A DNA stretch of 64,000 nt from Basidiobolus meristosporus CBS 931.73. Its lineage: Eukaryota; Fungi; Basidiobolomycota. This document shows, piece by piece, positions 63,864 to 64,000 of the stretch (positions are counted from its first letter, which is position 1; each line of letters starts with the position of its first letter). The notes beneath the pieces were generated by a model, which searched no databases, had not been told where the DNA came from, and saw nothing but the letters and a program-made list of their open reading frames with translations. The DNA lies in the NCBI GenBank assembly GCA_002104905.1, contig MCFE01000054.1:131627-195626 (forward strand). Reading direction: 5' to 3'. The position numbers and the translations under genes are program-made.

Positions 63864-64000
63864 TTAGGGTTAGGGTTAGGGTTAGGGTTAGGGTTAGGGT
63901 TAGGGTTAGGGTTAGGGTTAGGGTTAGGGTTAGGGTTAGGGTTAGGGTTAGGGTTAGGGTTAGGGTTAGGGTTAGGGTTAGGGTTAGGGTTAGGTTAGGG
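63864..64000 (+). repeat. Terminal telomere (TTAGGG)n
   Basis: About 23 repeats up to the window end, with the G-rich strand running 5'->3' toward the end. Confidence 0.98.

Overview
This window is the terminal 64 kb of a chromosome arm from an intron-rich fungus, most likely an early-diverging one. It ends in a (TTAGGG)n telomere on the + strand. About 13 ordinary genes can be supported: TMEM184/OST-alpha transporter, Ctr copper transporter, triose-phosphate-family transporter, Pho80/Pcl-like cyclin, RhoGAP, two tandem Mpv17/SYM1 genes, LAMMER kinase, Nup42/Amo1 FG-nucleoporin, G-alpha, ERF2-like DHHC palmitoyltransferase, a secreted S/T/P-rich protein with a possible GPI anchor, and an UNC-93-like MFS transporter. 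They alternate with strongly CpG-depleted transposon graveyards. These contain a recent Ty1/Copia element (TSD AACAT) whose gag-pol is split by a nested solo LTR of its own family (TSD CAAAT), plus several older LTR relics. Two features stand out. (1) The last ~2.5 kb consist only of telomere repeats and retro-insertions that all point the same way. These are a 5'-truncated non-LTR (LINE-type) RT element and several copies of a 521-bp non-coding unit. The unit has tRNA-like Pol III A/B boxes, a highly structured body and a 3' tail homologous to the LINE's 3' end, which suggests a telomere-targeted LINE/SINE pair. (2) The DHHC gene contains a U12-type (minor spliceosome) AT-AC intron with consensus signals. 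All calls come from reading the sequence by eye; no database searches were run.
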